Below, piece by piece: positions 38,213 to 50,714 of a stretch of 64,000 bases of DNA. Below the pieces are notes generated by a model. The model worked only from the letters and a program-made list of their open reading frames with translations, ran no database searches and was not told the origin of the DNA. The stretch covers positions 35,836,001-35,900,000 of the forward strand of contig NC_043007.1 in assembly GCF_006345805.1 (NCBI RefSeq). Reading direction: 5' to 3'. Every line of letters begins with the position of its first letter. The first letter of the stretch is position 1. The stretch comes from Octopus sinensis (lineage: Eukaryota). A program made the translations under genes and the position numbers.

Positions 38213-38560
38213 GGGCGGCAAGCTGGCAGAATCATTAGCACGTCGGGCAAAATGCTTAGCGGTATTTCGTCTGCTGCTACGTTCTGAGTTCAAATTCCGC
38301 CGAGGTCGACTTTGCCTTTCATCCTCTCGGGGTCGATTAAATAAGTACCAGTTACGCACTGGGGTCTATATAATCGACTTATCCGTTTGTCTGTCCCCTC
38401 TGTGTTTAATCCCTTGTGGGTAGTAAAGAAATAGGTATTTCGTCTGCTGCTACGTTCTGAGTTCAAATCCCGCCGAGGTCGACTTTGCCTTTCATCCTCT
38501 CGGGGTCGATTAAATAAGTACCACTGGGGTCGATGTAATCGACTTAATCCCTTTGTCTAT
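38213..38560 (+). mobile_element. SINE family A, dimer
   Basis: Same motifs; junction AAAGAAATAGGTATTTCGTC at about 38425. Confidence 0.85.
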
Positions 38561-38852
38561 CCTCAAAAAATTCGGACTGTCCGTATTTTAAACTGATTTA
38601 TTTTTTTTTTTTTAATTCAAAAAGGAGTGAAACTTTTAAGATTAATGAGGATGGTGGTTAAAAAATTTTACCCCCCCCCCCTTAATTGAATGAATTCCCA
38701 TGTGAAGAACAAATTAGCAAAAATTTTCTGAAAATTCAAAAAAAAAAAGTCTTGATGGGTTATATGAGGCACTTAAACTAGAATTCCGTCGATTTGAATT
38801 AGGTAAAACGGTCAGCAATACTAAGTTGAGACATCCGTCGATTACACTGACC

Positions 38853-39531
38853 GGATCTTTACCTTTTGACTGAGAGATTTAAAAAAATAATTTTTTGTAT
38901 TTCTCAAAAATGCTAAGCATAAAAGATGTTGGATCTTTTCCTTTTGAACGGCATATGTCAACACAATTTCTAGTTAACTAAACACTTTTAAACTTCGTAT
39001 ACTGGTAGAATGTGTTTATAAAACATCATTTTTTCTTGGCTTTATTGAGAAAATTCTATAATTTGTAAGATATTTCGTCTGAAAATCCGAGCATTTCGGC
39101 AATTTTAACCAATCGATTACCTCCTTTCAACTAAAATCATTTGCTGCGTCTAAAACTGAGACAACATCCTGTAACTAACCCTAGGGTTAGGTTGAGGGGT
39201 AGTGAAAGGATGTTGTCTCAGTTTTAGACGCAGCAAATGATTTTAGCTCAAAAGAGAGCATAGGATTGGTTAAGATTCGAAAACTTAAACTATGTTAAAC
39301 AAACAAATTACAATTTTCTCAAGAAAGCCAAGAGAAAAAAATGTTTTATTTTGACACATTCTACCAGTATACGAAGTTTTAAAGTGTTTAGTTAACTAGA
39401 AATTGTCTGCCGTTCAAAAGGAAAAGATCCAAGATGTTTTATATGACACATTCTACCAGTGTCCGAAGTTTGAAAGTATTTAGTTACAAAAAATTATTTT
39501 TTAAATCTGGTCGGTCAAAAAGTAAAGATCC
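38853..39531. mobile_element. Merlin-like MITE (outer)
   Basis: TIRs GGATCTTTACCTTTTGAC.../...GTCAAAAAGTAAAGATCC; perfect 8-bp TSD CACTGACC (38845-38852, 39532-39539). 5'-GG termini plus 8-bp TSD fit the Merlin superfamily. Confidence 0.75.
38931..39430. mobile_element. Merlin-like MITE (inner, nested in a relative)
   Basis: TIRs GGATCTTTTCCTTTTGAACGGCA; long subterminal inverted repeats; perfect 8-bp TSD AAGATGTT (38923-38930, 39431-39438). Confidence 0.8.
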
Positions 39532-39854
39532 CACTGACCCCAATATTTGACTGACACTTTCTTTTCGACGATTCTCGGTGACTTGAAACTGGAATATAAA
39601 ATGTCAAAAGAAATACCACAAAGCATTCTTCCGACATTTCTAATGATACTGCCCTCCACCGGTAAAAATGTGGGCGGTATAATGACTCTTTCTACTGTAA
39701 GTACAAGGATAAAAGGCGAACTCGGCCTCGGCAGAATTTGAATCTAGAACAATAATATGCCGGAAGAAATGCCACTAAGCATTTTGTGCGGTGTGTTGAT
39801 GATTCTGTCACTCCATCACTCTTTTCATCAGTAATATATAACCTACTTTATATA

Positions 39855-40420
39855 TCGCCGAGGTCGACTTTGCCTTTCATCCTTTCGGGGTCGATAAATT
39901 AAGTACCAGTTACGCACTGAGGTCGATGTAATCGACTTAATCCGTTTGTCTGTCCTTGTTTGTCCCCTGTGTGTTAAGCCCCTTGTGGGTAGTAAATAAA
40001 CAGAAACGTTAGCACGCCGGGCGAAATGCGTAGCCGTATTTCGTCTGTCGTTACGTTCCGAGTTCAAATTCCGCCGAGGTCGACTTTGCCTTTCATCCTT
40101 TCGGGGTCGATAAATTAAGTACCAGTTACGTACTGGGGTCGATGTAATTGACTTAATCCGTTTGTCTGTCCTTGTTTGTCCCCTGTGTGTTAAGCCCCTT
40201 GTGGGTAGTAAATAAACAGAAACGTTAGCACGCCGGGTGAAATGCGTAGCCGTATTTCGTCTGTCGTTACGTTCCGAGTTCAAATTCCGCCGAGGTCGAC
40301 TTTGCCTTTCAGGGACGATAAGTACCAGTTACGCACTGGGGTCGTGCAATCGACTTAATCCGTTTGTCTGTCCTTGTTTGTCCCCTCTGTGTTTAACCCC
40401 TTTGTGGGTAGTAAAGAAAT
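39855..40420 (+). mobile_element. SINE family A, trimer
   Basis: Three units joined at AGTAAATAAACAGAAACGTTAGC. Confidence 0.85.
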
Positions 40421-41089
40421 GAATATATAACCTACTTTTAAGCATTTAGGATAAACAAGTTATTTTTGTACATTCCCTCCCACTATTGTCGGTCGCATTT
40501 GAATTAATAGGCACGTGTAGACACACACACACACACACAACATGTATATCCTTTAAACGAAAGACAGTGGCATTCTTTATCGCTGGTGTCATTTCGATTA
40601 ACTCGGCTTTAGCTAAGGTTTACCACACATATACGCACATACATCTATTTAGCGACAGCGGTATTCCCTACTATTGTTGGTGTCATTTTAATTAACAAAG
40701 CTTTTGTCAAAGATTACCACACCCGGACCCACACACACACATAAACCAGCTGTTTAACAAAAAGCATTGCCTTAATTCGGTAACCCCACCCCAATCAAGG
40801 ACGACTGAGCTGACCTTAGTGAGTGTGCAATGACGTTTATCTGTCGAGAGGAAGATAGAAAGCAAAAATAGAATATGTAACAAGGAAAAAATAAAACGGA
40901 AGAGGTAGGAGAAAAGGAAAGTAAGAAGAAAAGAGTAAGAAATAGAAAGAATATATGTCGAAAAAGAAGACATCAGAAAGAAAAAAAAAATGTAAAAGGC
41001 GAAATAATAGCTGGTTTGTTGTAGAGAGCAATGTGTAGAAATGAGGGTAAAAATGCAGTTCGTGTGACTGAAATACACGTGAGCAAATG

Positions 41090-41280
41090 GTGCGAGCGTA
41101 TGAATGAATGCGCGCGCGTTAAAATGTACGTACTTGTGAGTTTGCGTGTGTATGTGTGTGGCTGAATTTGTGTATATGTGTCAGTGAGGATGTGGCGACG
41201 GCCGTGTGTGAATGGCGAAGAAGATGGCAGTGATAAAGCGTGTCGTGCCGTGGCTCCTTGCAATAGAATGGCGGGAATTA
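41090..41280 (-). promoter_or_regulatory. CpG-enriched candidate promoter / non-coding first exon
   Basis: Locally many CpGs outside TEs (GCGCGCG, GGCGACGGCC), YY1-like AATGGCG/AAGATGGC motifs, and a minus-strand GTACGT donor at about 41131. Assignment to Bax is inference. Confidence 0.3.
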
Positions 41281-41362
41281 TCGAGATATATATATATAAT
41301 ATATATATATGTGTTGTGGTGATGTATGTATACACATATATACATATATATATATAATCATC

Positions 41363-41422
<60 letters not shown>

Positions 41423-41498
41423 TATATATTATTATTATACATATATATATCACATATTATATACATATACACACACACATATATATATAACTACACAC

Positions 41499-41535
<37 letters not shown>
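41281..41535. repeat. compound (TA)n/(CA)n microsatellite
   Basis: Direct reading. Similar tracts at 32160-32242, 33745-33815, 41880-42070, 48667-48715 and 62655-62780. Confidence 0.9.
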
Positions 41536-41539
<4 letters not shown>

Positions 41540-41881
41540 TATATATACATATATAAACAAAGATAAATGCGATACAATAAAATTAATTATAATCGCCAGT
41601 GTACCAGTACACGCCATATATTATACATATATCATTACATTCAAGGCGAAGAGTGCACTAGATACACAATAGCTGGATAAATTTAGTGAGATGAAAATTA
41701 AAACTTTTACAAACTTAACTTTTCTTATACTGCAGTTTCGCCAAATTCAGTAATAAAAATAGTATTTATTTACTCAGGCTGGCTCTTCAGTAAGATTCCT
41801 GTTATTATGGGAAGACCATATCAATAGACCCATGTGCGTCTATCGAAATGCTCTTTCTAAACTATTCAAAACACTGCGCAG
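41535..41881 (-). mobile_element. short hammerhead-bearing element between (TA)n tracts (PLE terminal repeat or retrozyme fragment)
   Basis: About 350 bp of non-repetitive sequence containing the 41723-41795 hammerhead, flanked on both sides by TA/CA microsatellite. Confidence 0.5.
41723..41795 (-). ncRNA. type I hammerhead ribozyme, canonical core
   Basis: Minus strand: TCTTA-CTGAAGA-GCCA-[36 nt with AT-rich hairpin]-TGGC-GAAA-CTGCAGT-A-TAAGA. Stem I 5 bp, stem II 4 bp, palindromic stem III ACTGCAGT, GTA cleavage triplet. Confidence 0.85.
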
Positions 41882-41966
41882 TATATATATATATACACAT
41901 ATATTATTATATTATACATATATACTGTTGTGTCTGGGGGGGGGGCTTAAAAAACGAAATAAATAC

Positions 41967-42023
<57 letters not shown>

Positions 42024-42049
42024 TAATATATATATATATACACACATAC

Positions 42050-42306
42050 ATACATACACATACACACACACATATATAAGGAGAGAGAGAGAGAGAGATC
42101 AAAATATATTATCTATTTATTATCTCTAGCAGTGAGAGAGTGGGTTTACAATTTCCAGGAATTCTGATTCGTAATTCTCTTGTAATAGCGATAAGTCGAA
42201 AGGAAACAGGGTCGAAATAAGCCGATTATTATTTAAACCCTGGTCACCAGCAGGCCTCTATGTAATCACTCGACTTAGCAGATATAGCGGTCAAATCGCC
42301 CTTGTA

Positions 42307-42348
<42 letters not shown>

Positions 42349-42603
42349 CATACATACACATACACCACACACATATATAAGGAGAGAGAGAGAGAGAGAT
42401 CAAAAATATTATCTATTTATTATCTCTAGCAGTGAGAGAGTGGTTTACAATTTCCAGGAATTCTGATTCGTAATTCTCTTGTAATAGCGATAAGTCGAAA
42501 GGAAACAGGGTCGAAATAAGCCGATTATTATTTAAACCCTGGTCACCAGCAGGCCTCTATGTAATCACTCGACTTAGCAGATATAGCGGTCAAATCGCCC
42601 TTG
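42050..42603. repeat. tandem duplication, period about 299 bp, bounded by (TA)n
   Basis: The unit ending TCAAATCGCCCTTG occurs at 42304 and 42603; copies differ by single-base indels. Confidence 0.9.
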
Positions 42604-42620
42604 GACCACACACACCACTC

Positions 42621-43030
42621 GGATCTTTTCGGTTTGAACGGTAGTTTTTTCTAGCAGTGTCATATGAAATTGTCAACCATAATTATGACCCTAGTATCGA
42701 TCTATTGCATTTCAATCTGTTTTAGGGTTAGGGGTGGGGGGAAGGGTATCTTTTTTTCTTCACAAATGTAAGTAAACCCAATCTGTTTCTTAAACGAGGG
42801 ACATACGGCACAGAATGTTTTTTTTACCTCAATAGACGTCATTGATTGGTTGAAATTGCAGAAATTGAAGAAAAAAAGAAATACAAATATCTTACAAACT
42901 ATAGAATTTTCTCAATAAAGCCAAGAGAAAAACATGTTTTATAAACACATTCTACCAGTATACGAAGTTTAAAAGTGTTTAGTTACGTGGAAATTATTTT
43001 AAAAAACTGCCGTTCAAACAGAACAGATCC
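42621..43030. mobile_element. Merlin-like MITE, same family as 38931-39430
   Basis: TIRs GGATCTTTTCGGTTTGAACGG/CCGTTCAAACAGAACAGATCC; shares the CATTCTACCAGTATACGAAGTTT block; imperfect TSD CACC(C)ACTC. Confidence 0.7.
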
Positions 43031-45462
43031 CACCCACTCTCTCGTAATCACTAGGAAAATGACACATAAGATAATGTAGCCAAGGATATACAAAGAGAAA
43101 GTGGTGATCTCGACTCGATTACAGGGTTAAGTAAGAGCCAAACAACTAGCTCTGAGGTGTTTTCCTCCCCCTCCATACACACTAATCGCTCTGTAGAAGG
43201 GCGTGAGCGCCGCCCTTCCTCATCTGACTAAGCAACAGGCCCCGTCGTCATGCGCTATGCTAGGCCAGTTCAAAAGGAATTCTTACGCAGGAGATAATCG
43301 ATGTGGTTGGAAAGGAATTTCTATACAGGATATAATCAATGTAAACTACAGGAGAGCTGATTTTGCTAGAATTCTGATTGGTGATTTTTCAGTACTTACA
43401 AAAAAATCATGTTTTGCCAATAACCTGGAGTTATAAAATAGCTAGTCACTCACAATATAGATATAAGAATACACTCTTAGTCATTTTTCTCACGGTATAA
43501 TTACTTTAAGTGAAAAGGAGGAAATTAATAACGTCATGTGTGGGCAAAAAATGGTTAGATTAAAATTTCTGATAGACCCTGCCTTACGTTAACACTAATG
43601 GAGTGGCTGTGTGGTAAGTAGCTTGCTTACCAACCACATGGTTTCAGGTTCAGTCCCACTGTATGACACTTTGGGCAAGTGTCTTCTACTATAGCCTCAG
43701 GCCAACCAAAGCCTTGTGAGTGGATTTGGTAGACGGAAACTGAAAGAAGCCCGTCGTATGTATAAGTATATATATGTGTGTGTGTTTGTGTCTGTTTGTC
43801 CCCATAACATCGCTTGACAACCGATGCTGGTGTGTTTACGTCGCTATAACTTAGCGGTTCAGCAAAAGAGACCAATGGACTAAGTACTAGGCTTACAAAG
43901 AATAAGTCCTGGGGTCGATTTGGTCGACTAAAGGCGGTGCTCCAGCATGGCCGCAATCAAATGACTGAAACAAGTAAAAGAGTAATATATTTTTAAATAT
44001 GTATATAGGAGCAGGCACAGCTGTGGTAAGAAGTTCAGGTTCAGTCCCACTGCATGGCACCTTGGGTAAGTCTCTTCTACTATAGCCTTGGGCCAATCAA
44101 AGCCTTGTGAGTGGATTTGGTAGAGGGAAACTGAAAGAAGCCTGTCGTGTGTGTGTAGAGGGGGTGCACACACATGCATCTTTTGTCTGTTCTCCTTCCA
44201 CTGCTTGAGAACTGGTGTTGGTGTGTTTACGTTCTCAGTTCAGTAAAAATGACCAATAGTCTTTAAAAAAGTGCTGGGGTCGATTTGTTTGACTAAAACC
44301 GTTTAAGGCAATGCCCCAGCATGGCCGCAGTCTAATGACTGAAACAAGTAAAAGATATAAGATATGATTTTGGAGATACACTAATTGGGGTGAATGCATA
44401 AATTCGAAGTTTGAAACATAAGATAAGGAGGAGAAACGGTTGAGTTTGTGAAGAAGAGCAATCATTGTAAGAGATAGAAGGAACGATAGAGAGGAAAGTG
44501 ACATAAGGGTGTTTGTTGTTCTTTCACCCATTAAAAAATAAATAAATAAAATCTGCTAAAACATGCAGAAATTAGCAAGAACTACTGTGGGTATGTGGGC
44601 AGAGAAGTAATTGTTGTATCATGTGAGATGGCAGAAAGACGTGTACGTGTTTTGGACTGAAGTTGTTATTTTAAAAACAAGTTTAAGATCAACAATAGAA
44701 CATTCACCGACTGGGAAACTCAATACTTAGGGTAGAGTCGACTTTAAAAATATAAATTCGTTTTGAGTGAAACTTAAAATTTCACCAAACAATTTATTCA
44801 ACTGGTTCTGAAAAGTCACAGACAAAATGGATTTTATAAAATCTGTGTGTGCGCGCACGTGCATGTGTGTGTAGATAAAACTAATATGTACCATGCATGG
44901 AATTTTCAGCCCTTAACCCTTTAGCATGCAGGGGAGAGAGCAAGAATGATCATATTAGAAATGTCTCTGAAAGTAAGTTCTGCAGGACTGGAGTTAGATC
45001 AAATGGTCCAATATTTTCTATCATTTTGTTACCCTACTCCCGTCGAAATATACTGCCTTTTATGTACTACACTTAACATATATATATATACACCACTGAC
45101 AGACAAGATACTGTGATTTTCATCCAAGATAAAATCTCTGGCAGACAGGTCATGTCAAAAACACAAAATATATATCAGAGAGAGTTGAAACACTGTCCCA
45201 GTAGGGGCTAGCAAGAACACCAGCTGCATTTCAGCCTTTTTCAACCTTCTCAATGACATGTACTCACAGCCACGTGTCTAGATGAAATTTTTTGCCCCCA
45301 ACAAATAAGAATCAATGAGTAACTCAGACACTGATTTTGCAAACAGCCAACAGGCTGAATTAAAACTCAGTGTGCACAACTGAAACAGTGTTAAATAAAT
45401 TAGAACAGCAATCTATGTTACATACTTAATCTACGTACACTGTTGATATACAAGGCCCTACT

Positions 45463-45677
45463 CTTTACTCTCTTTTATGCTTTTACTTGTTTCAGTCATC
45501 TGACTGTGGCCATGCTGGAGCACCGCCTTTAGTCGACCGAATCGACCCCAGGACTTATTCTTTGTAAGCCTAGTACTTATTCTATCGGCCCCTTTTGCTG
45601 GACTGCTAAGTTACGAGGATGTAAACACACCAGCATCGGTTGTCAAGCAATGTTGGGGGGACAAACACAGACATACA

Positions 45678-45718
<41 letters not shown>

Positions 45719-45912
45719 TATATATATATAATATATATATATATACATATACATGATGGGCTTCTTTCAGTTTCCTTCTACCAAATCCACCCACAAGGCT
45801 TTGGTCGGCCTGCAGCTATAGTAGAAGACACTTGCCCAAGGTGTCATGCAGCGGTACTGAACCTAGAACTATGTGGTTGGTAAGCAAGCTACTTACCACA
45901 CAGCCACTCCTA
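45463..45912 (-). mobile_element. SINE family B, full length
   Basis: Tail TACTCTTTTACTTGTTTCAGTC, central (TA)n, head CACACAGCCACTCC. Confidence 0.85.
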
Positions 45913-48359
45913 CCCTGTGACTTTTGTTTTCATTAATTTTGAAAATAATAAAACGTTCCGTAATAAATAATAAAACGTTCCGTAAAATAGCATTGTCTTT
46001 ATTAAAGCTGGTGTTTGGAACATAAATTAACATGAAATTTAGATGAAAGGTTTTAATTCTGATCACTTTAAAACAGTGAATCTGTATCAAAAGGATTAAA
46101 TCTTGCCTCAAATTCTAGCAAACAGCCATCTCACCTTTTCTAGTCAAACTTCAATTTTCAAAAGGGTTACCTTTTGTAAAGCCGTGCAAACATTTAATGC
46201 TTCAACTATCACCAAAACTGGTCACCACTAATGTTCCCTCAAATTCTATATGATTACATTTAAGTGACAATCAAATATTGTTGTCTATAGTTATTATCTT
46301 TTGTAAAGCTGTGCCAACATTTATAATACTTATTCAACTAACATTCTCTCAGATTCAAGTGTTCATATTTAGGTGACAAAGCTCTGTTGTTAACAGTCAC
46401 ACCTCTTGTATTAAGCTGCACTGGCCTAGTCAGCTTTCACTATATTCACACTACCATGGCTTATATAGGTGTCTTTAATTTTAGTGAATACATTTTGGTG
46501 ACAAAGCTCTGTTGTACACCTGTGCAGACACTGTCGGCTTTATATTGACTCTAAACCACCATAGTCACCTTGTTCGAAAATATAAGGACACAGATCGTGT
46601 TGTATAGCCAGCTGGAGACGATGTCCTAAACCAGGACTGACATGCTATGTTGGCAAAAATTTTTACTCCAAAGTATTGTTGCTGAATACTTCTTGTTTTG
46701 AGATCTAAAAATAGTAATTTTCTAATTCATAGGTCACTTTGAAAACTATATATTTCGAAAGGGAATTTGGCAGCGCCACCTCTAGCCAAACAATTATTCT
46801 CTGCAGATGAAAAGAAATAACTTATTTTTGAAGCCTAGTACTTATCCTATAAGTCTCTTTTGCCGAACCCCTAAGTTACAGGGACGTAAACACACCAGCA
46901 TTGGTTGTCAAGCGATATTGGGGGGAACAAACACAGACACACACATATATATATGGGCTTCTTTCAGTTTCCGTCTACCAAATCCACTCACAAAGCTTTG
47001 GTTGGCCCAAGGCTATAGTAGAAGACACTTGCCCAAGGCCCCACGCAGTGGGACTGAACCCAGAACCATGTGGTCGGTAAGCAAGCTACCTTACCATACA
47101 GCCACTCCAGTTAAGCATTTTATCATATTTCTGTTGAAACACAGGCTTTGTTCCAATAAATTTTGAAAATAATAAAATGATTAGTAAAATAGTTTTGTCA
47201 AAGTTATCTTACTATTGGCTTTGGTACATACTTCAGTCTGGTATCTATATTATTACCTTTTATTTATTGAACTGCTAAGCTGAAGTACATAAAAACATTC
47301 ACCATTACACTAGTTTTAACAATCAGTGTAAATACACACACACAAACATGCATAGACAACAAATTGGTGTTTAGAGCATACATTAACGTGAAGTTTTGAT
47401 GAAAGGTTTTAATTTAGGTCAGTTTAACTCTTTAGTGTTTAAATTGGTCATATCTGGCTCATGCATGCTACTCATTTATGTTCTAGCCTGCCAGATCCAG
47501 CCTATCACACCTATCTTTCAATGCTGTTATAAAATACACAATCACATCATCATAATTTCAAAGCTACAAAATAAAGCATGATTAATTAAAAAAACAATGT
47601 GAATGAAAAATCATTACATTTAACGGATGACTGTGTGGAGGCGTAGCAGTGGCTGTGTGGTAAGTAGATTGCTTACGAACCACATGGTTCCGGGTTCAGT
47701 CCCACTGCGTGGCACCTTGGGCAAGTGTCTTCTACTATAGCCTCGGGCTGACCAAAGCCTTGTGAGTGGATTTGGTAGATGGAAACTGAAAGAAGCCCGT
47801 CGCATATATATATGTGCGTGTGTCTGTGTTTGTCCCCACAGATACACACAGCAGCTTAGAGTAGGCTCGAAATTAGAGATTATTCTTTGTGGCTAATGGC
47901 GTGAGTCCTGATTGAAAGAAGAAGAACAACAACAATATGAGACTTTCTACATTTCTACTCTACATATAATGTATTTACACTTTAATTATTTTATTTCAAT
48001 TCTTTTACTGTGAATATGCCGGAGTACTACCGTCAGGAGCTTAGCTATTTATTCATATCAGCCTTGGTACATACTTCAATCTGGTATCTATAGTATTACC
48101 TTTTATTTATTGAACTGCTAAGCTGAAGTACATAAAACAATTCACCATTACACTAGTTTTAACAATCAGTGTAAATACACACACAAGCATGCATAGACAA
48201 CAAACCTCAATTCTACAAAGGGTTACCATCTACTAGCTTCCACTTAAAGTGTTGGTCAAAGTGAGGCAACAGCAGAAGGCATTTGTTTCTGCCTAAGGTG
48301 GGTGTGTCATGCAATGGGATCAAATCCAGAATCACTTGGTTACAAAATGAACTTCTTAA

Positions 48360-48580
48360 CCCTTTCATTACCAGCCCGGCTGAAACCGGCTCTGGCTCTG
48401 TAGTACAAATGTCTTGTTTTCATAAGTTTTGGATTAAAATCTTCCACCAAACTTGAGTCACAATTTACATTTCTAACACGAGCTGAATGATATCCATGTT
48501 ATTTTACTAAATTTTTTGTTATATTTAAAGCAGTTGAAAGAAACACAGAGCATCTCAAAATAAATACAGTAACGAAAGGG
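48360..48580. mobile_element. piggyBac-like MITE (short family)
   Basis: TTAA|CCCTTTCATTAC...GTAACGAAAGGG|TTAA. Confidence 0.8.
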
Positions 48581-48665
48581 TTAAACACAGCTAATGCTTG
48601 GGTCATAAGGTTTTGTCTGAATGAAAATGAAATACCAAATGCGTTGTTTGAGTGTGCTTGTATGA

Positions 48666-48701
<36 letters not shown>

Positions 48702-50385
48702 GGTGGTGGTGGTGGTTTTTAGAAAGTGTCCTCATTCAAACAATTTCAACAAACCATTGAAGAAAAAAATTTAAAAAAACTCCTGCATGACTGCTCAGCC
48801 AACTAGAAACAGTAGCCAGATCTCACTCAAAAACACATCCTACTATTTTAATAGAAAAGGAAAAAAAAAAAAGGGAGGACACACTGGGTAATATGGAGCA
48901 ATATATACTACTATGCCAGTGATTAAAGATGGGATGGTCATGGCTGGAACATTTTTAATCATCTGGCCTACTGGATCAGAGCCAAATATATTGGTGACTA
49001 AGCAACAGACAATAGCCATAGCAACAATTACACTCTGAGTCCCCGTCAGATAAATTTTACGAACTGAAAAGCTTATCTTTTCTGTTTTATCAGTGAAAAA
49101 CACAAGATATAATAACATGGACACATTTTTTGTTTTTTACCAGTGCTAGCAAGGGTTAAATGAGAAGGTTTTTGAGGTAGGCTTTTTTTTTTCTTTTACA
49201 GCCGGATGTTCTAATTGCCACTAACTTTCAGCTGTTTTTCAAGTTTCCAGGTTAAGAAATTTTGATTCCATAGAAATTCACAAATGCAAAGCCAGTATAT
49301 GATATGATTCGTTGACAGGATATGGGTTCAGTCCAACTGCGTGGTACCTTGGGCAAGTGCCTTCTACTATAGCCATGGGCGACGGAAACTGAAAGAAGCC
49401 CATCGTATGTATATATATATATATACCAGTTGTGTACTGGGGTCGATGTAATCGACTTAATCTCTTTGTCTGTCTTTGTTTGTCCTCTCTATGTTTAGCC
49501 GCTTGTGGGCAATAAAGAAATAAGAAACACTCATATTGGCTTCTGGTGCTAAGTGTAGTCTTGTTTATACCACTAGTGGGGAGATAAATCCATGTCACCT
49601 CCAACACCTCTGTTGCTAATAAATATTTTGTAAAAATGATAATATATGATATTGAAGTGTGTGTATGCATGAGAGGTGGGGGAGGGGCGAAAGAGAGAGA
49701 GAGAATCTATATATATATGTAAACCTGAAAACATGGCAAATTTAACTAATGATGAGCAGCATTCATTGATTTTTCAAACCTTACTCGACTCTCATCAGAA
49801 CCCAATGTCTTTTTTCTAGGTTGAGCACTTATTCTATCCATCTCCTTTTGCCAAACTGCTAACTGATGGAAACATAAACCAGTGTTGGTTTGTTTATGTC
49901 TGGATGTCAACAGTAGACAAACAAAGATACACATACACATACATATACAATGGGCTTCCACAAAATTTCCTATTTCTTTATTGCCCACAAGGGGCCAAAC
50001 ATAGAGGGGACAAGTAAGGACAGACAAAGGGATTAAGTCGATTACATCGAATCCAGTGCGTAACTGGTACTTATTAAATCAACCCCGAAAGGATGAAAGG
50101 CAAAGTTGACCGCAGCGGAATTTGAACTCAGAACGTAGCGGTAGACGAAATACTGCCAAGCATTTCGCCTAGCGTGCTAATGTTTCTGCCACAAAGTTTC
50201 CATCAATCAAATTTACTTACAGGGCATTTATTGGTTAGTCAAAGCAATAGTAGAAAAACACTCAAGGTACCATGCAGTGTGTTTGAACGTGAAATCATGT
50301 ATTTACAAAGTGAATTTCTTAACCACACAGCCATACTTGCACTTATATTCTAAATGAGTGTGTGCACACATGCAAATATCTATAA

Positions 50386-50605
50386 CCCTTTAGTGTTTAA
50401 ACCGGCCGTATCTGGCCCAGATATTCCACCTGTTTTATATTCAAACTGGCGATATCTAGCCTCTCACACCTAACCTATATTGACATTCTAAAAATAAACA
50501 ATCACGTCATTGAAACCTCAAAGCTAGAAGATAATGCATGATTAACTCAAAACAATTTGAGTGAAAAGATATTACATTTAACAGAGTAATCTGAACACTA
50601 AAGGG
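50386..50605. mobile_element. piggyBac-like MITE (second family)
   Basis: CCCTTTAGTGTT...AACACTAAAGGG|TTAA. Confidence 0.7.
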
Positions 50606-50655
50606 TTAAATGTTGATATCCCACAGCTTCATTTGTGACCACTTGACCGAAACAT

Positions 50656-50714
50656 TGAGATGTTTACGTTTCTTGGTGACATTAGGACTGGTCATTCTTC
50701 ATCAGTACATCTCA
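50656..50714 (-). ncRNA. decayed minimal hammerhead ribozyme
   Basis: Minus: TGAGATGT-A-CTGATGA-AGAATGAC...GTCACCAA-GAAA-CGTA-A-ACATCTCA. 8-bp stem I, stem III ACGT, base of stem II disrupted. Confidence 0.5.

Noticed and set aside
39176-39192. Interstitial telomere or chromosome fusion site
   Set aside because: Only two or three imperfect units, and they are internal to a transposon.
49765-49810. Minus-strand CTGATGAG..GAAA hammerhead-like motif
   Set aside because: Stem II is mostly wobble pairs, with no convincing stem III or stem I; possibly a very old relic but unsupported.
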